A stretch of DNA of 64,000 nucleotides from Mobula hypostoma (lineage: Eukaryota): assembly GCF_963921235.1 (NCBI RefSeq), contig NC_086108.1, positions 76,262,001 to 76,326,000 of the forward strand, written 5' to 3'. A program made the position numbers and the translations under genes. Below are positions 22,158 through 34,869 of this stretch, piece after piece. Each line of letters begins with the position of its first letter. The first letter of the stretch is position 1. The notes below the pieces were generated by a model that ran no database searches, was not told the origin of the DNA, and was given only the letters and a program-made list of their open reading frames with translations.

Positions 22158-22875
22158 ACCATTTAACTGAATAGTGAATGATGTACTTAAATGAAATACA
22201 GAATAAATTACAGTACTACCAAAACTTCTACAGTACTATAATACTATGTATTAGTTCCTAATAGTTATCAATAGAGGAATTCATTCAGTTACGCTGATGT
22301 GTTCTTTTGAGTGAATGGAAATGAACAAAATCAGCACAGACATCTAGTGCAGATTGTGGATAGCCTTCAAACTGCTTTCAATGACTGAATCCTCCAAATC
22401 TTCACTTTAATTGTAACATTCAAGATGATCGTTGATAACTTCAAATTCTTCATAAATGCTAACTTGTTGAAGAACTGAAATCATTCAACTTCATTCACGA
22501 CTGTTTCTGGCATCTTCAAGCCTGAATGTTTGAAACTGCTGTAAGCAAAACAGTTTTGAATTGTCTCACTGCTTATTACTCGCCAACTATCAGTGACAAA
22601 ATTCACTGTCTTTTGAACACAAACATGCAAGTAACGCTATTTAAAAACTGTTCGCTGTAAACATGGTGTAGAATTTAACGGCCACACGATGCACACGTGG
22701 CTGATGTTAGTTAGAAAATGTTTGGCAATAGTCTCCTGCTCCATTTAAGCAGTATAGTGTCCCAAAAAACCAAGGAAGTCCCAGCTGTTTTCTCCATTTG
22801 GTTTGTTCTTTACGAGTTGTCCCAAATAAGTGAATGCCCCAATTAACCAATAGCCCAATTAACCGGAATCAACTG
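22158..22875 (-). mobile_element. Tigger/pogo-like MITE, partial
   Basis: Ends CCCAATTAACCGGAATCAACTG+TA. Same family and orientation as 19872-20395. Confidence 0.75.
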
Positions 22876-23479
22876 TATATTATTTTCCATTTTGAACTGT
22901 AGTTGAAGTTAATATAATTGAATAATCATCAAAAAATTCTACAGTTTAATTTGCTACTTAAAGCAAAGTTAGTACGAGTTTTTATTTCACACTTAATTAA
23001 TAGAAAAGATTGGATTTTAAATTTGGTAAGATAAGTCCAGAAGCTAAAGGACTTACTGAATGAGCAGCCTTTAATTGCTTTAGTGCTTCTTTTACTAATG
23101 ATGGAATGGGTAGGGAGAGGGTCGATAATTTGGAGGAACTAAGAGTCTATTATGTTGCAGAAATATAATGGACTAAGCCTGTAGAAATTTGAAATTATTT
23201 CAAACTCATTGCTTTGGAATACCAATGAATCAGTGCTGGTCAGCAAAGTCAGTGTGGTTGGGTACACAGGGGTCAATGTAGGATAAGTTGTTCCTGCTAA
23301 ATTTTGAAGCTCTGGTCACAACCTTAGGAGGGCTAGGCCAACCTAGTGGAATGCAGGAGGTGAGGGGAAGCTAAATTATCCTTTCCTGGTGCAAATTTTT
23401 AATGTTAAATTGACCGAAAATCATTTTTATTATCATCATTTCAATAATGGGACAGTGCAGGGTCACAACAATAACTGTT

Positions 23480-23660
23480 GTTGCCTTAGATTTCCTACAA
23501 CCTCCGTTTGATCCTGACCTCAGTTCTGTCCATCTGGAGTTTGCATATTCACCCTTGAATTCTGGATTTTTCAAGGTGCCCTAGCTTCTTCCATCATCCC
23601 AAACATGTGCAGGTTGCTAAGTTCTTGCAAGTTTTCCCTAGTATAGGTGGGTAGTAGGAG
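23480..23660 (+). mobile_element. V-SINE, degenerate
   Basis: gtttgatcctgacctc..ctggagtttgcatattc..catcccaaacatgtgcagg. Confidence 0.65.
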
Positions 23661-24209
23661 AAACAGAGATAATCCATTTGTGAGGGAGAAGTTGTTACAG
23701 GGAGTGAGATTGCTCTGGGATGCAACAAAGTGTCACATCTTTCTTTTTTCATAAGGAAAGATGAGGAAATAACAGGCCTTCTTGTATATATTACCAGACT
23801 CTAGAACTCCTGTGACCATTGCTGCAAATTGATGTATGCTTGTACCAAGATGTTACAGGTGTCCTTTTACACATTTTTTGTAAAGTCTCAAAAATCTGAT
23901 CATGGCATTTCCCTTCCTCACTATTCAACAAGATTTAGCTATCCAGTTCTTATACAACCCAAAGCATGAATTCATCTTGCAGTTATTCAATATCCCATAG
24001 ATATCATATGATATTTTTTCAATATTCAAATTTTAATGCCCAATATAATTATATTTGTTAACTACAAATCATACGACAGGACTATTTGCAAGTTGGAAAA
24101 CTGCAGATTCAGGGCAAGTAGTTTTAAATCAGCTTCTATTACAAGAAGAACTTTATGCATTTCCTTCTCCAAAGCATAAGTCAAAGAGATACTGCAGAGG
24201 ACACTATAT

Positions 24210-24760
24210 GAGCACTTTTGTATCAGTATTCACCAAGAAGGACATGGAAGACAGTGAAATCAGTGTGGAACATGCTTATATGCTAGGGCAGAGGTTCCCA
24301 ACCTGGGGTCCATGGAACCTTGTCTAATGGTACTGGTCCATGAAATAAAAAAGGTTGGGAACCCCTGTGCTAGGGTATTTTCAGATAAAGAAAGAGCTGG
24401 TGTTGGACCTCTTGAAGACCATGAAAGTGGATAGCTCATAAGATAAATTCCAGGTCATTGAGAAAGGCAAGAGATGAGATTGTTGGGGCCTTGATCAAGA
24501 TCCTTGTGTTCTCTTCAGCCACGCACTGTTTAAGATCCGAGAGCACTGGCAAGTAGCTAATGCTTTTCCTTTGTTCCAGTAGGAAAACAGGAATAAACCT
24601 GGAAATTACAGACCAGTGAGTCTCACATCAGTGGTAGAAAAGATACTGGAGATGATTCTCAGGGACAGAATTGATGAGCATTTTGAAAAGCATGACCACA
24701 TTAGGAATAGCCAGCATGAATCTATGCAGAAATCATGTCTTACTAATTTGATTGAGGCAG
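24210..24760 (+). mobile_element. CR1 RT fragment
   Basis: KPGNYRPVSLTSVVEKILEMILRDRI..SQH..KSCLTNLIE. Confidence 0.85.
24289..24367. mobile_element. 79-bp hAT (Charlie-type) MITE
   Basis: TIRs CAGAGGTTCCCAACC / GGTTGGGAACCCCTG and 8-bp TSD TGCTAGGG (24281-24288, 24368-24375). Confidence 0.9.
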
Positions 24761-24779
24761 TTATATGGAAAAACACAAG

Positions 24780-24945
24780 TGACACAGCAGCTGACTCACA
24801 ATTCTAATTTGACCTTGAGTGCTTTCTTCCGGTCTTTACGTATTCTCCTATGACTGTATAGCTTTCCCCAGGTATTCTGATTTCCTCCGTTGTCCCAAGG
24901 GCATGAGGGTTGGTAGGTTTATTGGCCACTTAAAATGCCCCAAGT
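24780..24945 (+). mobile_element. V-SINE, degenerate
   Basis: ttctcctatgactgtatagctttccccagg..tttcctcc..ggttggtaggtttattggccact. Confidence 0.55.
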
Positions 24946-26409
24946 CCATTTAGGTGATGGTAGTACTGGATGGGGGAAGGAACCACGCAGAAGGACTGGA
25001 GTAGGTGGGGCCTTTATGGCTGGAGTAGATGTGGTGGGCTGCAGGGTCTATTCCATGCAGTGACCATTTCCCACCCCACTTCATCATATTAATTTCCAAA
25101 CTTAAGCTTCTGTGCAGTAAGATTTGACGGGACGGAGCAGTTCGCTGGGTGATATGGAGCACAATCCAATTCTGTGGATTGAAAAAAAAATTCTCTGTGT
25201 GAGAGCTCTGCAGAAACTCCAATTCATTACACACGGTAGATCTGCAGGGCAGACTATATTAGAAAGATGTATTTGATAAAGAGCTCCAGTGCACTCAGAA
25301 ACATTTTAGCAATTCAGTACATAAGACAAACCTGATTGAACACCGTGGTGATGAAATATTGCTTAGGAACAGAAAATACATCAGATTCATTTGGTCTGAC
25401 CTATGGTTTGCTGAGGGTAGGCAGCAAGCAAATATTTTTAGCCCTTAAAGTAACAAAGTGAAAGATTGATCCAACTCATATCAGACTGCCATGAAACACC
25501 ACTAATACTGTAAATGTGTTCATTCTGAGAGAAATACACTGCCCCTGTGATGCACTGTTCAGAGGTTTGAGAAGACAGATTGCTCAAACTGCTGAGGAGA
25601 ACAGGTATATATTTAAAATGTCCCTATGCTTTATGGCCTGCACATGAACCAGCATATGGCTGACTGGGGACTATATATCAGCATTAAAATGGCAGATTAC
25701 TACTAATGAATAATATTTGGCTCCTGTTTCTTACAGTGCGCAATAACTCGAAAACCAATGCCAACAATAATACTACTGCTAGTAAGAATAATAGTGATAT
25801 CGCTGCAGACTTTTACTTCCTCACCCATCCTATGGCTTGGAACAATTTTTAAAACTTCTCATTGCCTCAACTTTTCTGCATGCTCACTGAATTGTAGAAA
25901 CTTAAGTCTTCCTGCAAGCCTTGGATGTTAAGCACCTTATTTTTAAGTAATCACACAACTTCCTTCCAATCCGTGAAGAGAATGCAGTTGTATAGTTATG
26001 TTTCTAAAAAATTCACAGAAGCCAGTAACGATGTGTGGTGACAACTTGATGACGTAGCATATGTACACAGATTATTACTAAAACTAAGCTGTTCAAAAAT
26101 AACAGGAAACTTTTCCATTAAAAATGTATGCCATATATAGCAGACCTGAAGTTCAAATACAATCTCTGTCTACTGTAATTTACAGTCAGTAGCCACTTTA
26201 TTAGGTACAACACCATATGATGCAGTGTGGTCATCTGGTGCTGTAGTCCATTCACTGCAAGATTCGACGTGATGCTCTTCTGTACACCACTGTTGTACAC
26301 TGTTGTAACATGTAGTTATTTGAGTTACTGTTACCTTCAGGTTTAAGTTTAATTGTCATTCAACCATACATGAGTACCCATAAGTACAGCCAAATGAAAG
26401 AGTGATACT

Positions 26410-27792
26410 CAGAACCAGAATCAGATTTATTATCACCGGCATGTGTCATGAAATTCGTTAACTTAGCAGCAGTAGTTCCTTATAACCATAACCATATAAC
26501 ACGGAAACAGGCCATCTCGGCTGAACTCTTACTCTCACCTAGTCCCACCGACCTGCACTCAGCCCATAACCCTCCATTCCTTTCCTGTCCATATATCTAT
26601 CCAATTTAACTTTAAACAACAACATCGAACCTGCCTCAACCACTTCTGCTGGAATCTCGTTCCACACAGCTACCACTCTCTGAGTAAAGAAGATCCCCCT
26701 CATGTTACCCCTAAACTTTTGCCCTTCAACTCTCAACTCATGTCCTCTTGTTTGAATCTCCCCCATTCTCAATGGAAAAAAGCCTATCCACGTCAACTCT
26801 ATCAATCCCCCTCATAATTTTAAACACCTCTATCAAGTCCCCCCTCAACCTTCTACGTTCCAAAGAATAAAGACCTAACTTGTTCAACCAATGTTCAATG
26901 CAATACATAAAATAGAAAGAAAAAAAAGTAAAAATAAATAAGTAAATCAGTTACAGTATATGTATACAGTATTGAATATGTCAAAAAAATTGCAAAACCA
27001 GAAATAATATATATTAAACAAGTGAGGTAGTGTTCATAGGTTCAATGTCCATTGAGGAATCAGATGGCAGAGGGGAAGCAGCTGTTCCCCTGAATTGCTG
27101 AGTGTATGTTTTCAGGCTTCTGTACCTCCTAATTGATGGTAACAATGAGAAAAGAGAATGCCCTGGGTGTTGGGGGTCCTTAATAATGGACGTTGCCTTT
27201 CTGAGACACTGCTCCTTGAAGATGTCCTGGGTACTTTGTAGGCTCGTACCCAAGACCCTCTGCAGCTTCTTTCGGTCCTGTGTAGCAGGCCCCACCACAC
27301 CAGACAGTAATGCAGCCTGACAGAATGCTCCCCACAGTACATCTATAGAAGTTTTTGAGTGCTTTTGTTGACATACCAAATCTCTTCCAGACTGCTAATG
27401 AAGCATAGTCGCTGTCTTGCCTTCCTTATAACTGCATCGATATGCTGGGACCAGGTTATGTCCTCAGAGAACTTGACACCCAGGAACTTGAAACTGCTCA
27501 CTCTCTCCACTTCTGATCCCTTAATGAGGAAGTCCACAATCAGCTCTTTCGTCTTACTGGCGTTGAGTGCAAGGTTGTTGCTGAGACACCACTCCACTAG
27601 TTGGTATATCTCACTCCTGTACACCTTCTCATCTCCTTCTGAGATTCTACCAACAATGGCTGTACCATCAGCAAATTTATAGATTGTATTTGAGCTATGC
27701 CTAGCCACACAGTCATGGGTATAGAGAGAGAGCAGTGGGCTAAGCACACACCCCTGAGGTGCACCAGTGTTGATCGTCAGCGAGGAGGAGAT
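26410..27792 (-). mobile_element. Rex1/Babar LINE RT-to-3' fragment
   Basis: ORF 27343-27798: TGAPQGCVLSPLLSLYTHDC..YKFADGTAIVG..WCLSNNLALNASKTKELIVDF. Tail cagaaccagaatcagatttatt at 26410. Confidence 0.9.
26482..26890 (-). mobile_element. CR1 3' fragment nested in the Rex 3' UTR
   Basis: ORF 26539-26805 TRGHELRVEG..FFTQRVVAVWNEIP, with an (accata)n tail. Confidence 0.9.
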
Positions 27793-27944
27793 AACCAAAG
27801 ATACTCAAACCACCCCATCTGGCACCAACAATCATTCCACAGTCAAAGTCACTTAGATCACATTTTTGCTCCATTCTGATATTTGGTCTTTGATATTTGG
27901 ATAATTGGAACTCTTCTGGGGCAGGTGTGACCTGTACAAAAGAC

Positions 27945-29590
27945 CTTTTTACTCTTTATATAACTATAATGTATCCTGCTTTATATTATTGGCTAGTTTG
28001 CCCTCATCTTTCATCTTTTCCCTTCTTATAGCTTCTTTAGTTGCCTTTTGTTGTATTTTAACATCCCAACTTCCCACTCACTTATGCCCTTTCCTTGGCT
28101 TTTATGCAGTCCTTAACGTCCCTTGACAGCCACGGTTACCTACCCCTGCCATTTGAGAACTTCTACAGTGGGACATATCTATCCTGCGCCTTGTGAACTA
28201 CTCCTAGAAACTTCATACATCTCTGCTCTGTCGTCATCCCCGCCAGTATCCTCCTCCAATCCAAGCTCCTCTCTCATGCCTCTGTAATTCCCTTTATATT
28301 CCATTGCAATACTGATACATCTGGCTTGTGCTTCTCCCTCTCAAATTGCAGTACGAATACAATCATATTATGATTACTTCCTCCTAAGGGTTCCTTTACA
28401 TTAAGCTCCCTATTAAGATTTGGGTTATTACAGAAGACCCAATCTAAGAATGCCTTTCCTCTAGTAAGCTCAAGCACAAACTGCTCTAAAAAGCCATTTT
28501 ACAGGCATTCAACAAATTCCCTCTCTTGTGATCTGGCACGAACCTGATTTGCCCAAACCCCTTGCATGTTGAAGTCCCCCAATACAATTGCGACATTATC
28601 CTTACTACATGCCTTTTCCAGCTCCCTTTGCAAAGTCAACCCCACATCTTGGCTACTATTTGGAGGCCTATACACATGATTCCAATAATGTTTTATTTTT
28701 TACCCCTCAGTTTCTTAACTCCACCCAGAAAGATTCAACATTCTTTGACCCTAAGACATGTTTTTCTAGAGATATAATAGCAACAGAGCCACACCACCGC
28801 CTATGCCTTCCTGCCTGTCCTTTAGATATAAATTATATGCTTTGATGTTAAGCTCCCAACTATGACCTTCTTTCAGCCACAACTCAGTGCTGCCAACAAT
28901 GTCATACCGACCAATCTCCAATTGCGCCATGAGTTCATCCACCTTATTCCGAATGCTATGCACATTTAAACACAGCATCTTCAGTCCTGCATTCTTTGCC
29001 CTTTTGAATTTTACCTCTGTGATAACAATTTAACTCTTTGCTCGGACTTCATTTGTACCCAATAATTGGCTTATCCTTCCTTACATTCATGTTACACCCA
29101 TCATCTACTTGTAAACCCGCTGGCTCATCCTCAGCTCCATCATAATGATTCCCATCCCCCACCATATTAGTTTAAACCACTCCCAACAGCTCAGTAAATC
29201 TATCCGCAAGAACACTGGTCCCCTTGGATTCAAATGCAACCTGTCCCTTTTGTACAGGTCACAGCTGCCCCAGAAGAGGTCCCAATTATCCAGAAATCTG
29301 AATCCCTGCCCCCTGCCCCAATTCTACAGCCACATATTTATCTGCCACCTTATTCTATTCCTATCCTCAATGTTGTGTGGCACAGGCAGTAATTCCGATA
29401 TTACTACCCTTGAGGTTCTGCTTCTCAGCTTCCTTTCTAACTCCCTGCATTCTGTTTTCAGGACCTTCTCCCATTTTCTACCTATGTCGTTGGTGTCAAT
29501 ATGTACCACAACTTCTGGCTGCTAACACTCCCCTTTCAGGATATTGTGGACGCGTTCAGAAATGTCGTGGACCCTGACACCTGGGAGGCA
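27945..29590 (-). mobile_element. CR1 fragment: ORF1 esterase region plus ORF2 AP endonuclease
   Basis: VHIDTNDIGRK..SRVVISELLPVP (SGNH/esterase-type ORF1), LCLNVHSIRNKVDEL..YDIVGSTELWL and LDWVFCN..EPLGGSNHNMI (APE). Confidence 0.9.
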
Positions 29591-30214
29591 AATCATCATC
29601 GTAGTTTGGTGCTGAATTCCAAGAGACAGAACTTGTAGAGTGTCTACAAGATGGTTTTTTAGAGCAGCTAGTGGTTGAGCCCAGTAGGAGATCAGCTATT
29701 TTTGATTGTGTGTTATGCAATGAACTGGATTTGATTAGGGAGATTAAGGTAAAGGAACACTTAGGAGACAGTGATCATAATTCCTGCAATTTGAGAGGGA
29801 GAAACTAAAGTCAAATGCATCAGTATTCCAATGGTGTAAAGGGGATTACATAGGTATGGGAGAGGAGCTGGTCAAAGTTGATTGGAAGGCGTGGGATAGA
29901 TACATCCCAATGACAAAGTAGTATTCTAAAGGCAGCATGACACAACCATGGCTGACAAGGGAAGTCAAAGCTAATATAAAAGCAAAAGAGAGGGCATAAA
30001 ATTGAGCAAAAATTAGTAGGAAGTTAGAGGATTGGGAAGATTTTTAAAACTAACAGAAGGCAACTAAAAAAGATAAGGAAGGAAAAGATGGAATATGAAA
30101 GTAAGCTAACCAATAATATTAAATTGGATACCAAAAGTTTCTTCAGATATATAAAGTATAAAACAGAGGCAAAGTAGGTATTGGACTGCTGGAAAATGAC
30201 ACTAGAGAGGTAGT

Positions 30215-30580
30215 ATAAGACCATAAGACCTTAAGATATAGGTGCAGAAGTAGGCCATTTGGCCCATTGAGTCTGCTCCACCATTCAATCATGGGCTGAT
30301 CCAATTTTTCCCATCCTCTGCTTTCTCCCCCATACCCTTTGATGTCCCGACTAATTAAGAAGCTATCTATTTTTGCCTTAAATGCACCCAGTGACTTGGC
30401 CTCCACAGCCATTTGTGGCAACAAATTCCACAGATTTACCACCCTCTGACTAAACTAATTTCTCCGCATCTCTATTCTAAATGGACGTCCTTCAATCCTG
30501 AAGTCGTACACTCTTGTCCTAGACTCCCCTACCCTGGGAAATAACTTTGCCTTATCTAATCTGTTCAGGCCTTTTAACAT
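30215..30580 (-). mobile_element. CR1 3' fragment nested in a CR1
   Basis: (taagacca)n tail and ORF 30143-30442 VVNLWNLLPQMAVEAKSLGAFKAKIDSFL. Confidence 0.9.
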
Positions 30581-31102
30581 TTGGGGGACAAGGAAATGGC
30601 GGATGAACGGAATAAGTACTTTGCATCAGTCTTCACTGTGAAAGACACGAGTAGTAGTCTTGATGTTTGAGAGTATCAGGGGGCAGAAGTGGATGCAGTT
30701 GTTATAACTAGGGAGATAGTGCTTGGGAAGCTGAAAGATCTGAAAGATCTGGACCAGATGGACTACACTCCAGGATTTTGAAAGAGGTAGCTAAGGAGAT
30801 TGTGGAGGCATTAGTAATGATCTTTCAAGAATCAACAGATCCTGGCATGGTTTCGGAGGACTGAAAAATTGCAAATGTCACTCCACTCTTCATGAAGGGG
30901 GGGAGGCAGAAGAAAGGAAATTATAAGCCAGTTAGCCCATTCTCTGTGGTTGGGAAGATGTTGGAGTTGATTGTTAAGGATGAGGTTTCAGGGTACTTGG
31001 AGGCACTTGAAATAGGCCAAAGTCAGCATGGCTCCTTAGGAGAAAATCTTGCCTGACAAATCCGTTGGAATCCTTTGAGGAAGTTACAAACAGGATAGAC
31101 AA

Positions 31103-31200
31103 TTCTGACTGAAAGGTCTCAATCCAAAATATCGACTGTTTACGCTTTTCCATAGATGCTGCCTGGCCTGCTGAGTTCCTCCAGCATTTTGTCTGTGTCA
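31103..31200 (+). mobile_element. PLE 3' tail starting at a degenerate hammerhead core
   Basis: CTGACTGAAAGGTCTCAATCCAAAATATCGACTG...gatgctgcctggcctgctgagttcctccagcattttg. Confidence 0.8.
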
Positions 31201-32974
31201 ATGTAATACTGAGGCTTTAGAAAGCACTAGTGAGGCCTCACTTATAGTACTGTGAGCAGTACCCCTTATCTAAAAAAGGATGTGCTGACACTGGAGAGGG
31301 TTCAAAGGAGATCCACTAAAATGATTCCAGGAATGAAAGTGTTATCAAATGAGGAGCGTATAACGGCTTTAGGCTTATACTCACTAGAATTTAGTAGAAT
31401 GAGGGGCTGTTTCTCTTGAAACATTGAATGTTGTAAAGCCTAGATAGAGTGGATATGGAGAGGATATTTTCTATAGTAGGGGAGCCTTGGATCAAGAGCA
31501 CAACCGAGAAGAGGAAGAAATTTTTTAGCCAGATGGTCATGAATCTGTGGAATTCATTGCCACAGGTGGCTGTGGAAGTCATGTGATTGGGTGTATTTAA
31601 GGCGGTAGATGATCGGTTCTTGATTAGTCAGGGCATGAAAGGTTATGGGGAGAAGGTAGGAGAATAGGGTTGAGAAGGAAATGAATCAACCATGATGAAA
31701 TGGCGAAGCATACCCGATGGGCTGAATGGTCTAATTCTGCTCCTATGTCTTATGGTCTTAAATATTAATCAAACAAGTTGTAAAATGGGTGGCTATCCGA
31801 TTGTCCATCTGGCAGGAAAATTTAAAACTGACCTTCTTATTGGAAATGTAAAACACAACACAAAATATGTTTCCTTTAGTTAACAACTATCCAACAAATT
31901 GTATTCATATCCACAGATTACCAAATATGCCATATTTTAAATTCATGTTTGGTTTTCAGTTTTGCTTTTTATTGTGTTCTTCCTGATGCAATAACCTGGA
32001 AATATGTTTTCATGTGCCAAACCTTCATGGCTTAAAGCCTTGCATTTTTTTCCTGTTTTTAACTACATAAAATCAGTCTTACTAAGCCATCTCAGGCAAT
32101 ATATTTTCATTATGTCATTATTCGATTTCTTATACAGATAAAGCAGGGGACATCTTGTTGGAACAACATTTACTGAATTGACAACAAAGGATCAGAATAT
32201 TAAGAGTAAGTCATATCATTATCAGGAATTACATTAGCTGCTGCTAGCGTTAATTTCTTTGTGGAAAAGAAAATTGATTTGTATTGACCTCGACTTAGTG
32301 GCTTGCCCAACTTTGAAAAGAAATATCTCGTCAGTAAGCGTTGCTGATTGCCAGTGACTTTCTGTCCTCTGAATACAAAATATCTCTTGGTGGTAAAAAG
32401 CAGATTTTCTCTCACGTTCAAAACCTCTTAAAAACTGACCGATATCTGATTTTTTTAGAAATAAAATGCCTGAATTGCACCTTCTGAATAGGCCCTTCAC
32501 ACTGATAGAATTTGGGGACAAACTGTAATGCAGAACCTCACCATTTTATAAATCCTGAACTGAGCTATTAACCCGGTGACTAGTGCATTATCTGGTTTTC
32601 CTTCTTCCACCTAGAATATTTCCTATACGTAATCACCTCTACTAAGGTGACTCAGGCATATAATTTCATTGGGTATTTACTCACCTTAGTTGACAGCCAA
32701 AGCCAATATTATTATGTTGGCAACACCATAATAAAATGAAAGTGGAGTCATTATCAAGAATTGCGTTACAGAACTGGTTAGCAGTAGGAAGCCATTCCGC
32801 TAATGTAACTGTGCTGGCCTTTTGAAAGAGCCTTCTGATCAATCATATTCTCTTGTCTTTAATAATCATATCTATTTTTTCCTTTTTCAAATCCTAGCTT
32901 AGGTTTTCCTTGAAAAGGCATGCATGAATCTGTTTTCACTATCCATTCGAGTATTGCCTGCTAGCACTAGGAAA

Positions 32975-33605
32975 TGCACCAGTCCTCATTGAGGGGTCAG
33001 CAATAGAAAAGGGAGCAGTTTCAAGTTCCTGGCCGTCAACACCTCAGAGGATCCAACCTGGACCCAATATATTGATTCAATCACGATGAAGGCTTTCCAA
33101 TGACTACACTTCATTAAGAGTTTGAGGAGATTTGGTGCAAAGACTCTAACAAATTACTACAGATGTACTGTGGAGAACAATCTGACTGGTTGCATCAGCG
33201 TCTAGTATGGAGGCACCAATGCTCAGGAGCATAAGAGGATGGTGGACTCAGTCAGCTCCATCATAGGCAGAAGCCTCTACATCACTGAAGACATCTTCAA
33301 AAGGTGGCATCCATCATTAAGGTCATTCACCATCTGGTCAGGCACTCTTTTCATTACTACCATAAGGGAGGAGGTACAGGAGCCTAAAGTCCCACGCTCA
33401 CTGTTTTAGGAGTAATTTCTTCCCCTCTCCCATTAGATATCTGAATGGCCCATGAATTCATGAGCACTGTCTCCATATTCCTCTTCTGCACAATGTACTG
33501 ACTTTTTAATTTATTGTAATTTATATTAATTCATTCTACCTGCACTATTCTGCTGCCACAACAATTTCGCAACTTATATCAGTGACAATAAACCTGATTT
33601 TGAGT
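32975..33605 (+). mobile_element. Rex1/Babar LINE 3' fragment
   Basis: agtttcaagttcctgg..agatgtactgtggaga..ctgactggttgcatc..tccatcattaagg..aataaacctgatt. Homologous to 27000-27520. Confidence 0.8.
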
Positions 33606-34869
33606 TAGACTAAGGCTTCACTATTCTTTAAGTATTTCTGCTATACTCAAAAAGCCGCATCAGGAAGCTGGGTATTGAAACAACTGGCAAAAGCAAACCA
33701 TATTTTCTTCTAGATTCCCTCGGACTCGGCATTTCTAACAAATGAGGATACACCAGTTTGAAGAGACTAGTTAACTGCTGACTGATATACTGTAGGAGTG
33801 TAACAATCCTGAAAAGCATAAATCAAATATTTTGTGATACATTGTTATTGATAGGCAACATTGTTCTGTTTTATTAACAGTAGAAATGAACTGCTAGATG
33901 TGTATAAAGAGCATTATTGGCCTAATGCAACACATAGAGGATATTTAAGAGAGCACGAAGCAACTGTGTCGTGCTCTTCACACTTTACAACTATTGTGCC
34001 AGACGCAGTTTTCTAAAAGGCCTTAGTGTGTTGATAGACATTTTGAGGTCCCTGTGCTGCTCTATGCATTGGTATGGATGGAACCTAAAACTGCACTGCA
34101 TTTAAAATACTAAAGCTTACTCATCTCAATTGTTACCGGGAGGCAGAAAACTAGATTACAGAATCTAGTTATCCTTTGTTCTCAACCTCCTAATTTGATG
34201 GCACAGAAAAAAATGCCAATGTAAAAGAATTTTTACAAATAAAAATTTAATTGGAATAAAAAAATCTAATTTGTTTTTGAATGAATATTGTGATATTACT
34301 TGAATATCCTGGAACTGGACATGCAATTAGGATACAATTGCTGTATGTTATGAAGCTACCCATAACTTGATTTCTCCAAATCATATTACATTGGTTCCCT
34401 CTTCTTAAACAAAATGTATTGATACCACAATCACATTTTTTCACATGCATGTTGCATGGTGTTTCATCCACAGATGGAAGAATGTTTTGTGGCATTCAAA
34501 AGACTGGATTTTATCCTATTGGTTGAAGAACTGAGGAAGAGGAATTTCACCAAAGTTACATCCCAGCAATGAAAACTTCGGCTTTTGTTAAGAATGGAAA
34601 ATGAATAGGTTTGACTTGGAAAGTGGCACACAAAGAGTCCAGGGATGGTTACACAATGTTCTCTTTCTGGTTATGTTTATTATTGAATACGTGCATGGGT
34701 GATATCAATTTGAAAATATCACCTTATAAAAGAATATCTGAACTTTATTTTCAAATTGGTATAACAACAGGGTATCCTAAAACCACACAGCATTCTTCAC
34801 CATCATTCCATTTGTGTCAGCCACATGGACAAAAAGTCATTTCATTGACTTTAAGTACAGAGGGAGGTG

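Larger units (their letters stand above)
26182..27890 (-). mobile_element. Tc1-like element (family of 18510-19023) split by LINE insertions
   Basis: 26182-26338 carries the cagtagccactttattaggtac terminus. 27795-27890 is the reverse complement of the transposase start (aatgtgatctaagtgactttgac..gttggtgccaga). Confidence 0.7.
29605..31760 (+). mobile_element. CR1 ORF2 fragment to 3' end, with nested insertions and a deletion
   Basis: APE C-terminus (gaacacttaggagacagtgatcataa), RT start (ggaccagatggactacac, aattataagccagttagcc) and 3' tail ctcctatgtcttatggtct. Confidence 0.9.
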
